Part shown: positions 33,296 to 43,558 of the stretch, piece by piece | Layout of the letters: every line of letters starts with the position of its first letter | How positions within the stretch are numbered: the stretch's first letter is position 1 | Made by a program: the position numbers and the translations under genes | The notes under the pieces: model-generated | Told to the model about the DNA's origin: nothing | Seen by the model: only the letters and a program-made list of their open reading frames with translations | Database searches by the model: none | DNA from: Nitrosopumilus sp. | GTDB taxonomy: Archaea > Thermoproteota > Nitrososphaeria > Nitrososphaerales > Nitrosopumilaceae | Reading direction: 5' to 3' | Assembly (NCBI GenBank): GCA_965238275.1 | Contig: OZ250186.1 | Location: forward strand, 1,408,001-1,472,000 | Length of the DNA: 64,000 nucleotides

Positions 33296-33661
33296 ATGCC
33301 GTCTCAGAGGACAGTTTTTTATTCAAAGATGTTCAATGAAGTCGTCTCTCTGAATGACCACATACGTACTGTTGCAGTAATCAATCTGTTCGGGGATCTG
33401 GTCTACCAGAATGCGCACAAATCCGTAGGGGCTACCAGTAGCAAAACTCGGGAGCAGTTCAGACGGCTGTCCTCATCCATCAGCATGCTAACCTTTGAGG
33501 GCATAAAATTCATTCTGATGGAGCAGAACGACATAAAGACCATCCTCATCAATGCCGCTGAGACCAGCATCCTGATAGGAATGGATGAAAAGACGGTCTG
33601 GAAGGACGTCCTGAATGTTCTGAGCTATTTCTCGGACTTGCATCTTCCTAATCATAGTTAA
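33296..33661 (+). CDS. roadblock/profilin-like thaumarchaeal hypothetical protein
   Basis: LNDHIRTVAVINLFGDLV pattern. Confidence 0.55.
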   Translation: MPSQRTVFYSKMFNEVVSLNDHIRTVAVINLFGDLVYQNAHKSVGATSSKTREQFRRLSSSISMLTFEGIKFILMEQNDIKTILINAAETSILIGMDEKTVWKDVLNVLSYFSDLHLPNHS

Positions 33662-33685
33662 ATAATATACATCAGTGTATGTGCT

Positions 33686-34567
33686 ATGATTACCGAAGAG
33701 GGGATAGCTGAACAGATTGATGTCCGAAGCATATGCTGCACACTACTGCCTGTCAGGACTGAGGGTTTGTCTTCAAAACAGAACCAGTCGATGCGGGAGC
33801 TTGTCCTGAGCATCAAGGAATACGGGCTTATTCAGCCGGTAACAGTCAGGCCGGTGAATTCCAGTTTTGAAGTTGTGGCCGGGCACAGAAGATTGCGGGC
33901 ATGCAAGATTCTTCGATGGAAAAAAATCCCATGTATAATACGAATACTGTCTGACAAGGTCGCGTTTGAGATTCAGTTGGTGGAGAACATACAGCGGGAG
34001 AGGCTAGATCCCATCGAAGAGGCAGAATCGTTTAAAAAATACATTCTGGATTACGGCTGGGGCGGAGTCAGCCACTTGGCCAAGGTCATCTCAAAAAGCG
34101 AACAGTACGTCTCCAGCAGAATTCAGATGCTCCGGCTGCCCAAAGAGATCATAGTCGAGATCTCGCAAAGGAACCTGAGCCTCTCTCATGCGATGGAACT
34201 AGTCAATCTGGACGAGGAAGATCAGAAGATTATGAAGGATGCGATCATCAGCGAGGGTCTGACTGTACGAGACGTCAGGGACATGGCCGGCTCTAAAAAA
34301 TACCGACAGAGCCAGGAACCGCCTGATTGTGCGACATCTCCTGCAAACAAGGCAATCGCAAAAAAGATAAAACTGTTCAAAAAATCCCTGATTGTTTTTA
34401 GAATGTCACTGGCAAATATAGATGGCCTTATTGACGAGGCAAACACTACCCTGAGCAATAAGGAAAGAGTCAATCTTGTAAGCGCCCTGATGACGTACAG
34501 GATTCAAATCCATTCCATGATTGACGAATGCCTCAAATCATCTAATGAGCTAAAAAGAAAACTGTAA
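33686..34567 (+). CDS. ParB/Spo0J-like protein
   Basis: SIKEYGLIQPVTVR, VAGHRRLRA, LVENIQRERLDPIEEA, HTH. Confidence 0.9.
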   Translation: MITEEGIAEQIDVRSICCTLLPVRTEGLSSKQNQSMRELVLSIKEYGLIQPVTVRPVNSSFEVVAGHRRLRACKILRWKKIPCIIRILSDKVAFEIQLVENIQRERLDPIEEAESFKKYILDYGWGGVSHLAKVISKSEQYVSSRIQMLRLPKEIIVEISQRNLSLSHAMELVNLDEEDQKIMKDAIISEGLTVRDVRDMAGSKKYRQSQEPPDCATSPANKAIAKKIKLFKKSLIVFRMSLANIDGLIDEANTTLSNKERVNLVSALMTYRIQIHSMIDECLKSSNELKRKL

Positions 34568-34861
34568 TTTTGGTAACCAGTACGTGCAAGTGGCAAGTCC
34601 AAATGCCTCATGGTGCTACCACTCTTTCCTGAAGGACTGGCGCGGTGACAACCACGCGTTGTATCCAGATGGTGCTGCATGGTGAGGGCTTGGCCAGAAC
34701 CGTGTCTTTTGGATATTTATGGATGTACGACCTGATGGAACCTCTCTTCGGACTGCGTAAGGATGTCCAAAATCATACGGGCATCTCAATTTTAAAATGT
34801 AGATAACCGCGCTTCTGAACTAACTATTTTTAAGGAAAAAGGTTCTCATGTATCGTTAATC

Positions 34862-36655
34862 ATGAAAGATTTTTTTTCAAATCTGCGTCATGCGAAAAGT
34901 CTGGATTTTTTTGGATTCTGCTATCTGCAAAAATGGATAATCATAGGGGTGCTGATAGGAATTGTCGCAGGCTTTGGCTCCGTGGCGTTTTTTCTCATGC
35001 TTCAAGTTTCGACATTGTTTTTTCTAGGCTTTGGGGCAGGTTATGTCCCTCCAAATTTTGAGGTAATTAGCACATCATACACTACTGTTGCTGAGAGGCC
35101 GTGGATGATTCCCCTGATTACCGGGGGCGGCGGTCTTGTAGTGGGACTGCTCACAAGCAGGTTTGCTCCAGAGTCTGCCGGACACGGAACTGAGGCTGTA
35201 ATAGATGCCTTTCACAACAAAAAGGGAACGATCCGTTCCAGAATCCCGTTGTTGAAGACAATTACTGCCTCGATAACCATAGGCAGCGGCGGGAGCGGGG
35301 GGCGCGAGGGACCGGCCGCCCAAATTGCAGCTGGCTTTGGCTCAATCCTTGGCAGGCTGTTCAAGCTGCGCACCGAGGATCGAAGAATTGCAGTGGCAGC
35401 CGGGCTTGGGGCCGGAGTCGGAAGCATGTTCAAGGCTCCGCTGGGTGCGGCCATCTTGAGCACGGAGATTTTTTACCGCCGGGATTTTGAAGTCAAGGCC
35501 CTGCTTCCGGCACTGATTGCATCTGTGACCGGGTTTGTAATATTTGGCTCCGTTTTTGGATGGTCCCCAATTTTTCAAATATCTGAATCTGCCCCCGAAT
35601 TTAACCAGCCCCTGCATTTTTTACTGTATGCAGTCCTTGGGGTCTGCTGTGCGGGAACAGGCAAGCTGTATGTTTTTACTTTTTATAAAATTCAGCACAC
35701 CTTCCAAAAATGGAGCATTCCAAATTTCATTAAACCTGCCATAGGGGGGCTGCTGGTGGGAATCATTGGCATGTTTCTTCCCCAGATTCTGGGTGGGGGA
35801 TACGGGTGGCTGCAGATAGGAGTGTTTGATGACATAAGACTTTTCCCAATCTGGATTCTGCTGGCCATTTTGTTTCTTAAGATTCTGGCCACCTCCTTGA
35901 CAGTAGGATCCGGTGGGAGTGCGGGTGTTTTTGGACCCAGCCTGATAATAGGAGGGTTTGTAGGCGCCGTAGTGGGAGAGGTATTCCATTCCCTTTCCCT
36001 GTTTACAGACCTCCAAGTTTCGGCGATAGCCATTGTCGGCATGGTTGCATTCTTTGGGGCTGTCTCCAAGGCCCCAATCTCGACTATAATAATGGGGAGC
36101 GAAATGACGGGGAGCTATGTACTGCTGCCGGCCATGATTCTTGCCTCCGTAATCTCTTACGGCCTGATTGGCCTGAAGACCACCATATACCAAAGCCAGG
36201 TAAAGGACAGAAATGAATCCCCGGCACATATGCATGAATACCGTGCCCTGCTGAAGAAACTCTCAGTCAGAGATGCCGTGAACCCCGACTTTAGCAAGAT
36301 ACATCATGACAGAACTGCATACGAGGCATCTGATATTCTAAAAAACTCCAAATCTGCAGGCATCGTAATCGTCGATGCTGACAGCAGATACATCGGTTTT
36401 ATAGACTCCGACAGCCTGAGGAAACTGGACATACACGATACAAGCCTGTCAGAGATAATCTCTGCAGCCGGGGCCGTGCCAACCGTTGGAATCGAGGCCT
36501 CGCTGTACGATGCAATTAAGAAAATATCGGACTTGGAAACAATGGAACTGCCTGTCACAGACAAGAAGAATATTGTATTGGGAACAGTATCCGTGTCGAA
36601 TATCATGAATGCGTATGATCGGGGGGTTGCCGATCTAGAGGACGAGCAGGATTGA
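34862..36655 (+). CDS. ClC chloride channel/antiporter with CBS pair
   Basis: GHGTE, GSGGREGP, GGSAGVFGP, C-terminal CBS domains. Confidence 0.93.
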   Translation: MKDFFSNLRHAKSLDFFGFCYLQKWIIIGVLIGIVAGFGSVAFFLMLQVSTLFFLGFGAGYVPPNFEVISTSYTTVAERPWMIPLITGGGGLVVGLLTSRFAPESAGHGTEAVIDAFHNKKGTIRSRIPLLKTITASITIGSGGSGGREGPAAQIAAGFGSILGRLFKLRTEDRRIAVAAGLGAGVGSMFKAPLGAAILSTEIFYRRDFEVKALLPALIASVTGFVIFGSVFGWSPIFQISESAPEFNQPLHFLLYAVLGVCCAGTGKLYVFTFYKIQHTFQKWSIPNFIKPAIGGLLVGIIGMFLPQILGGGYGWLQIGVFDDIRLFPIWILLAILFLKILATSLTVGSGGSAGVFGPSLIIGGFVGAVVGEVFHSLSLFTDLQVSAIAIVGMVAFFGAVSKAPISTIIMGSEMTGSYVLLPAMILASVISYGLIGLKTTIYQSQVKDRNESPAHMHEYRALLKKLSVRDAVNPDFSKIHHDRTAYEASDILKNSKSAGIVIVDADSRYIGFIDSDSLRKLDIHDTSLSEIISAAGAVPTVGIEASLYDAIKKISDLETMELPVTDKKNIVLGTVSVSNIMNAYDRGVADLEDEQD

Positions 36656-36761
36656 TTTTTAAAACCGGCCATGCGTGCCAGAAGGCTTGCAGATTTTTCT
36701 GCGTCCGGAATAAAATCACGTCAGTCTCTTGACTGGATGTAAAAATAAAAAAGAGTGGGTG

Positions 36762-37319
36762 CTACTCTACGAATGCCTTGAAATTAAGCCACTTCCCATC
36801 CATGATGATCGTGACTCTTTCATTGATCTGTGGAGTCGCCTCTTGGAGAGTAATTTCCGGTAGGGTGTTGCCTTCTGAGCGTCTCAAGACGTGGTAGCTA
36901 AAGTCTATCGCGCTCATGATCCCGTCTGTTCCACGTCCTGGCGCGTCGCCTGGCAATGAGAACGTCGAGAAGAGCTCGGCAATAATCTCCCTCACAGGGT
37001 CTGCATAGTTTGCAAGCACCTCTATTAGCCTATAGTTGAAGGGATCATTTGGCATTGTCGTGAATTTCCTTACTGGTGGACGATCATATTCCGCTTTTTG
37101 TTCTGGCGACAGGCCGAGGGCATCACAAAGTGTTTGCCTATCAGCTGCGCTTGGGTAGTGCGTCCCGTTGATAAATCCGGCAACGAATACCGGATTTTTG
37201 CCTATCAGCGCTGCCAATGACGTAGTCCCCGGAGCCGTTCCGGTGTACGAAAGTCCTTTTTCTCTCATGGCCAGTTTTGCGGCCATTATTGTTTCATCTG
37301 ATACTTTGAAGTCAGTCAT
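36762..37319 (-). CDS. cynS: cyanase (cyanate hydratase)
   Basis: N-terminal HTH-like domain; PNDPFNYRLIE with catalytic Arg/Glu, DGIMSAIDF, ERVTIIMDGKWL. Confidence 0.92.
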   Translation of the reverse strand: MTDFKVSDETIMAAKLAMREKGLSYTGTAPGTTSLAALIGKNPVFVAGFINGTHYPSAADRQTLCDALGLSPEQKAEYDRPPVRKFTTMPNDPFNYRLIEVLANYADPVREIIAELFSTFSLPGDAPGRGTDGIMSAIDFSYHVLRRSEGNTLPEITLQEATPQINERVTIIMDGKWLNFKAFVE

Positions 37320-37734
37320 TATACGGATCATCACAAACAGCTTTCATATCTTTTCAGCTACCATGAATCTTTAAATATTGTTTTTTGCAGTCGCCTGTCG
37401 TACCACTGTCCGCGTAACCCTTGGGGCCCTGTTGATTCAATAATCCCGTATACCCGGTAGTGTTTAGGGAAATTTGATTACCTGATACCAGAAACCACAT
37501 AAATGACTGCATACCTGGCGTTAATTACGAATCAAGTCTAAGGTACTGGCTTGCAGGTGGCCACGCACACGGTTTTGTTCATGACTGATTTGAGCATTCT
37601 GCAGAGACGACTCGGTATGACATTCTGGCTGGAAAAAAAATTACCCGATGTCGGGTAATTTCAAAGCATGATTCATGCTCTCCTGACCATGTTTCCGAAA
37701 AAGCAATTAACCAGCATGATGCATTCCAAAACAG

Positions 37735-38709
37735 TTGATTGCTAATCAGTTTCTGTTACTGGCATCAGTCTTGTTCCTAATGCCGCTAACAACAGCCGAG
37801 GTTCTTGGAGATATAATTGTCAATGAAATCGAACTTGAACCGGTTGAGGGGGAGTCCCAATGGTTTGAGCTGCATAATCCAACCGACTTTCCGGCGTCCC
37901 TAGAAAACCTTGAGCTGCAAATCCATGATGGTGATGCCGCCCGGATCATTCTGATACCCTTTTCAGATGGCGATGCGCTTGGTTCGGGGGACTATCACGT
38001 GGTGTCCTTGGAAGATTTTATACAGTATCCTAGCAACCTACAAAACACTACTATTACATTGTTTGATGGAGTGAAGAGTCTAGATGTCATTGAGGGATTA
38101 GGCGACGGGCTTGCAAGTGACAAAAACTGGCAGCGGTTTCCTGATGGAACGGATTCTGGGACATTCGGGGACTGGACGTTTAGAGCAGCCACAGAGGGAC
38201 GAAGCAACGGCAACCTGGGCCAGGTAGTGGCAGAGTGCACCCTTGACCCGTTCTGCTGGGGATCACTGGATGTATTTTATCATAATGAGCACCATATCAC
38301 AGTAGACGATCGCGTATTTTTGGTTGAAACCTTTTATGACTCGGAAAAGACGGAGGCGGATTTTGTCCTTGAAGAAAAAAAGATCGTTATATCGCTGGAT
38401 TCTTCGAATTTTCCACGGTTGGGCGCAAGCTCGCCATTCGTACATGTGACAATTCCTGACGAACTTCTGAGCGGCTCGTACACCGTTTTTGCAGACGGCA
38501 AGCAAAAACCGTTCCATCTGGTGGTATCCAATCAGACAAACACCCGCCTGATCATCAATGACCTGGCAGATGAGAAACTCGTAGAGATTGTGGGTACGGA
38601 GGTGATCCCTGAGTTTCCAATGGGATCTTTGGCCATTGTCACAGTTTCAGTTCTTTCTGTGCTGATCTTTTATCGCTGCTGCGGCTCGAGATGTTTTTTA
38701 AAAGCATAA
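37735..38709 (+). CDS. lamin-tail-domain surface protein with PEFG-CTERM-like anchor
   Basis: Signal peptide, IIVNEIE..QWFELHNP, WQRFPDG, VIPEFP plus TM. Confidence 0.8.
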   Translation: MIANQFLLLASVLFLMPLTTAEVLGDIIVNEIELEPVEGESQWFELHNPTDFPASLENLELQIHDGDAARIILIPFSDGDALGSGDYHVVSLEDFIQYPSNLQNTTITLFDGVKSLDVIEGLGDGLASDKNWQRFPDGTDSGTFGDWTFRAATEGRSNGNLGQVVAECTLDPFCWGSLDVFYHNEHHITVDDRVFLVETFYDSEKTEADFVLEEKKIVISLDSSNFPRLGASSPFVHVTIPDELLSGSYTVFADGKQKPFHLVVSNQTNTRLIINDLADEKLVEIVGTEVIPEFPMGSLAIVTVSVLSVLIFYRCCGSRCFLKA

Positions 38710-39187
38710 TCCGGACCTGAGTGTCCTGAGCATGGTATCCGTTTTCCGGACATCATCATGTCTTCCCCTGTCTGTCTGATTGCAGCTATTTGCCTTAGGG
38801 AACACCCGTATGCCTTACGAGGCGCTCACTGGATACACGCGATATGTAAAATTAAATTTGGTCGTTGAAATTCCCTGTACCGGACTATCCAAGACAACAT
38901 CAAACTACGTCAGGCATGCAGCTAGCGTGCGTCATGCGCAACGTCCCATTTGTCCACGGTGTCAAATATCCTGGAATTTTTGTTCTACCCATTAGACAGG
39001 CATCCATACCGTAATTCCCCAAGACGGTTTCCGGATTAAGCAATTATGGGAAATTTTAGCATGAATTTTTCATCGCTGGCATAAATGAATGGGAATGCCA
39101 TGTATTCATTTTGTCCGACGTATGGGTTCTATTATAAGTTAATCCAATAATCCAATGCTTATTTACTATAGAACAGTTGCTAAAGGA

Positions 39188-40513
39188 ATGAACATAGCTG
39201 ACGATATCGCAGATACATATAGTTCTTTGCCTAATCCTGAACCGCAAAATGCTACAATGACGCCTCTGTCTTCGAGTATGGGAGCATCTCCGTCCTCGAG
39301 TCCGGGGGCATCTCCACCCACGAATACAATGGCACCATCATCTGTAACAAATTCTGCCGGCTCTAGTCCGCCGGGAGATTCCGCATCCGCCGCATCGGCC
39401 ATTTCTGAGGAAGTGCCCCCACCGCCACGTATTATGGCCGGGTTATTTGGTATCCCGGACACAATAAAGACGCTAAGTAATATCGGAGTTGCCAAGACCA
39501 AGGTAAATCCCGCACAGGGAATTCTCATGGGCTGGCAATCAATGAGTTATCTTGCCTTTGCGGCGTTTTTCGCATGGATGATAATGTCTACAGTCGCACC
39601 CGATCTTTCTCCCGGACTTGGAAAATTCCTGATGTTCGGAGTGTTCGGTTTTGCAGCCTTGGCCCTTGTGGTTATCTACGGGTCCAATCTTGTAACCGGA
39701 GATTACATGACCTCGGGAATATCACTGATGACTGGTCAAGCTCAATGGCGAGAAGTGTTGTGGCAATGGACAATTACCCACTCGGGGCATTGGATAGCCG
39801 GATTCACAATCTCGTGGATGATAATTATTGGCGCAGACCAAGCGGGAGCCTCAGGCTCCGCACTGATGGAAATGCTGGCAGGCATTGGCAATACCAAAGT
39901 CAACGTACTTGAATGGGACCAATTATTCTACAGAGGCATCTTTGCCAATTGGATGATTGGCATGGGAGTATGGGGCGCGTTTAGAACCCAAGAAGTCATC
40001 GCCAAGATTCTCCTGATCGGAATCCCTGTATCAATATTCTTTGCTACAGGATTTGAGCACAGCATAGTAAACCACTTTGCTCTGTCCGCCGGAATCTGGG
40101 CTGGTGCAGAATATACATGGGGAGAAGCATGGCTCAAAAACCTCGTTCCAGTAACATTGGGCAATATTATCGGCGCGATGTTATTGCAGGGCATGGTGTA
40201 CTGGTATGCAGGCGGAATGCAGTCGTGGCTTGGACCTGACAAATGGAAGAAGCCACACGGAACATACAAAGACTTGGTAAGAGCAATCCGAGACACATGG
40301 TCTCTTATGATCTTCTTTGTTGCAATGGCACCCCTGATGGCCGGCCTGATATTTGTCTACGCCGTTGAACCTGCCCTGGGAGTACTTCCCGGGACAAACG
40401 ATCAGGGCTGGACAGTACCCATCGGGATCACAGTCTACTTCGTTGCCACTGCGCTGATTGTAAAGTGGGGCCTGATGCCAAGAAAACCGTGGTACAAGAT
40501 TCCAGCAACCTAG
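39188..40513 (+). CDS. formate/nitrite transporter (FNT) family, probable cyanate channel
   Basis: GSNLVTGD, RGIFANW, GFEHSIVN, NLVPVTLGNIIG; TATA-like ATTATAAG at 39131. Confidence 0.9.
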   Translation: MNIADDIADTYSSLPNPEPQNATMTPLSSSMGASPSSSPGASPPTNTMAPSSVTNSAGSSPPGDSASAASAISEEVPPPPRIMAGLFGIPDTIKTLSNIGVAKTKVNPAQGILMGWQSMSYLAFAAFFAWMIMSTVAPDLSPGLGKFLMFGVFGFAALALVVIYGSNLVTGDYMTSGISLMTGQAQWREVLWQWTITHSGHWIAGFTISWMIIIGADQAGASGSALMEMLAGIGNTKVNVLEWDQLFYRGIFANWMIGMGVWGAFRTQEVIAKILLIGIPVSIFFATGFEHSIVNHFALSAGIWAGAEYTWGEAWLKNLVPVTLGNIIGAMLLQGMVYWYAGGMQSWLGPDKWKKPHGTYKDLVRAIRDTWSLMIFFVAMAPLMAGLIFVYAVEPALGVLPGTNDQGWTVPIGITVYFVATALIVKWGLMPRKPWYKIPAT

Positions 40514-40517
40514 CCCA

Positions 40518-40530
40518 CCCTTCTTTTTTT
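40518..40530 (+). terminator. oligo-T terminator
   Basis: T-rich run directly after the FNT stop. Confidence 0.5.
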
Positions 40531-40626
40531 TAAAACACATATTTTTCTATTAAGACGCCGTTGCAGACTGGAAAAACTGCAGCCTGAATTATTTCATGCC
40601 ATGGTTGGAAATATTTTGGTCATCAT

Positions 40627-41496
40627 CTATACCCACCAATTGGTTGATGCCTGGCCTGCCTTGCTCTCCATTACTTTTCGAAGGTTTTCATATTCATAAA
40701 TCGTAATCTCCCCTTTGGCAAGCCTGGTGTTGAGGATTTTCAGCGGCTCGTCAAGCGCAGACGAATGCACCGACTGGTACTTCTCTGCCCTCAAGTTTTG
40801 TGTGAGGTCTGGGGGCTTGATCTCCTCTGTTTTGACCCCGTCGCTTCTACAAACAGTCCTCCTTTTGCCTTGGTTTGTATCCAGCCTTGCGATGAATGGC
40901 TTTTGGTCTGTTGCCACATAGAAAATAGTCACGGATTTTTGGGGATCCTTTGAGAAGGTAATGTTGGATCCTTGAGAACCCGAGGCAAGGGCAGCACAGC
41001 CTAATTTTTCTACAACCAAGGACGGTTTTGACTCTACTGAGTCAAATTGGATGGCTATCTGGTTGTCTGAGTTCCTGTTGTCAAACTGGAATACGGACAG
41101 GTATGCATGTTCTGGCACGCCCGCATGCGTTGATGGTTCCAAAAAGAATCCCTTGATCATTGTTTTTTTTCTTTTAACGGATTTTTGCATGAATCCTCCT
41201 CCTGCTTCAAGGTATTCTTGTCTCGTGAACACGGAGCATCTCATAAACTCCATGATCTTATTCCCCTTGAGAACTATCGCTATCTCGTTTGGAAAATTCT
41301 TGGATAATCCGGGATTGTCAAACTGGGCGTTGTCCTCTCTGCCAAACCTATGGTCAGAAATTGTATAAATTTTCAGATCGTCTTGTATGATTGGCTCAGA
41401 CATGCAGTCGACAAAGCTTTGGCTCATCTTTACCGTGCCACTCCATAAGACATCAACATCCTCCTGCCTCTTCAAAATGTCATATTCCAATCCCAA
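40627..41496 (-). CDS. SHOCT-domain protein
   Basis: C-terminal PLKILNTRLAKGEITIYEYENLRKVM. Confidence 0.75.
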   Translation of the reverse strand: MGLEYDILKRQEDVDVLWSGTVKMSQSFVDCMSEPIIQDDLKIYTISDHRFGREDNAQFDNPGLSKNFPNEIAIVLKGNKIMEFMRCSVFTRQEYLEAGGGFMQKSVKRKKTMIKGFFLEPSTHAGVPEHAYLSVFQFDNRNSDNQIAIQFDSVESKPSLVVEKLGCAALASGSQGSNITFSKDPQKSVTIFYVATDQKPFIARLDTNQGKRRTVCRSDGVKTEEIKPPDLTQNLRAEKYQSVHSSALDEPLKILNTRLAKGEITIYEYENLRKVMESKAGQASTNWWV

Positions 41497-42304
41497 AGAG
41501 GATACCCACGTTTAGTATTTAAAAAATTATTTTGCCGGTAAAATCGGTTTTAGTTCTGTATAGTAACACCCGGACAGGCCCAAACCCCTGCTACCAGGAT
41601 TTCTCGTTGTTGTCAGACACGCGTAAAACGTGCCAGGGCAGGCCGTGTGCGGCATCTGCATCCAACTGTGGCATTTTGATCATGGGTGACGGACACATGA
41701 TTCGTACTCCATGTTGTATTCCACAACCAAGCCCCGTTGGGATCCTGCGGGCCGCCCATATCGGGCCATCTGATTTTACGAATCACTGCTATGCGTGTTC
41801 TTTCAATTCACAGTACCCAACCCAGCAGGAAGAAAATTACAGCTCCTATGACAAAAACAGCCCCGTAAATCTTCCAAAACTTTCCCGACGCTTTTTTCTT
41901 TTTTGGAATCTCTTTATCTGGACTATCTTTATCTGGACTACCTTTGTTTGGAATCTCCTTTTTACGTTTCATCCTCTTGACTCTATTCGGGAATGCATAA
42001 TGTTTCATTTAACTCTTATTTGCCATCCAATCAGCCTTGCCGTTCTGCCTAAAGTCATGTGAAACGATTGCCATGCCCTTCTCATAACTGTCCAGACGTG
42101 CCAGTCATGTGCGTTTTCTGGACGCACCTGAGAAGTAGCAACCAGACACGCTATGCGTGGAGCAAAAGCCAATGGCAAAGACGGCATGCAGCGGCAGTTG
42201 GGATCAAAGGCAATGCCATCTATTATTGCCAGCATGCTGCAAAATATAACCCTGACCGCAGTTGTAAAAATAAGAAAATTTGAGTTTTTCTTAACTCGGA
42301 TGTG

Positions 42305-42496
42305 TTATTGGTGCCCCCATCGTATCTTCCTACCGGTTTCTCCAAAGAATTTTACGACGTCTAGGTCAAGCCCCATCTCACTTAATTCGGCAATCATTTC
42401 TGATTCAGGCGTGTTCTTCTCTTGGGTATTTTGCTTCATGAGCAAATAGATTATTGCATCCAATCTTTTAGTAACCGCCTCAGCATCTGTACTCAT
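42305..42496 (-). pseudogene. small HTH-like protein, probably truncated
   Basis: VTKRLDAIIYLL...IAELSEMGL then an aberrant C-terminus. Confidence 0.35.
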
Positions 42497-42939
42497 ATAG
42501 CTAATCGCTAGGAAATGAATGTTAAAGGTTTGTCCCTGTTCTGGTTTTTTTAAGATGTTGCGGGGGACATGGGGGATTTACAAGGGCTCTCCTTCATTGA
42601 ATACATTGTGCAGAACCCCGGAATTGCCTGTAGATGTGCCAAAGACAGTCACGGTCGTCAGGCACCATCAGACTGTACCGGCAAAGATGCGGCAGGAGAC
42701 ATGGCATGAACAAGATGGATCCGAATTACGCACCGACCCCGGCTCGTCCGCGTGTGAAGCTGCCATTTTGGCTGCTTTAAGGCGAACACTGACGGGCACT
42801 TTGACAGGCACGTCATCTTGGTTTTGTTCATGTTCAGATCAAATGATGTGGACAAAACGGTACTTCCAATCTGGCATTATGTATGGTGATGTTGGAACTA
42901 ATTTGTCCCCGGGTTGCTTTTTGAGACGTATTCATTTCC

Positions 42940-43512
42940 CTAAGGCATGCTTTTCAAAGAAATTTCTTCTTTTACGGCGGTAACCCCTACGCATTTTTCT
43001 ACAAATTCATAAAATTCCCCTATCGTGTAATTTGCGGCATGAACAAAATCAGGCCCCTTGATCGGAGTCATGTCAAATGCCACATATTTGTCTATGATGT
43101 CTCCAAACAGAGTTCTGAAAGAGTCGCTCTCCATGTTTGCCACCTTTGAATTTGGGAAAATCTTGACGTTGATCCAGTCATACTCCCCTCTGGTCCTGGC
43201 TGCAAAGGCAGCAAAGGGGGCACCATGAAGATAGTTTGTGAACATTGCCACGCGTTCCTCGAACAACTTAGATGTCTTGAAGGATATCAGTACGAATCGG
43301 ATGATCTTTCCCTCGTAGTTTTGGGGTTTGGTTTTTAGCGTATACCCTGAGATGACTCCCTCCTGTTCCAGTCTATGAATTCTTCCCAAAACAGCCCGTT
43401 CAGTGCGGGTTATGCCGTTACGCTTGAATTCAGTCACGATTTCCTTGGTAGGTATCTTTGCATTTCTAGAGAGGCATGACAGAATTATCTCGTCCATCTT
43501 GGAAATGGCCAA
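42940..43512 (-). CDS. Lrp/AsnC family transcriptional regulator
   Basis: MDEIILSCLSRNAK...RIHRLEQEGVISGYT, TRGEYD. Confidence 0.88.
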   Translation of the reverse strand: MAISKMDEIILSCLSRNAKIPTKEIVTEFKRNGITRTERAVLGRIHRLEQEGVISGYTLKTKPQNYEGKIIRFVLISFKTSKLFEERVAMFTNYLHGAPFAAFAARTRGEYDWINVKIFPNSKVANMESDSFRTLFGDIIDKYVAFDMTPIKGPDFVHAANYTIGEFYEFVEKCVGVTAVKEEISLKSMP

Positions 43513-43558
43513 CGAACACGTTACGTATTACTGGTATTAACGTTTTATTGTGTGTGTG

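Noticed and set aside
41530-42940. Several short overlapping ORFs and a 15-bp tandem repeat near 41911
   Set aside because: No recognisable motifs; probably decayed genes that cannot be assigned by eye
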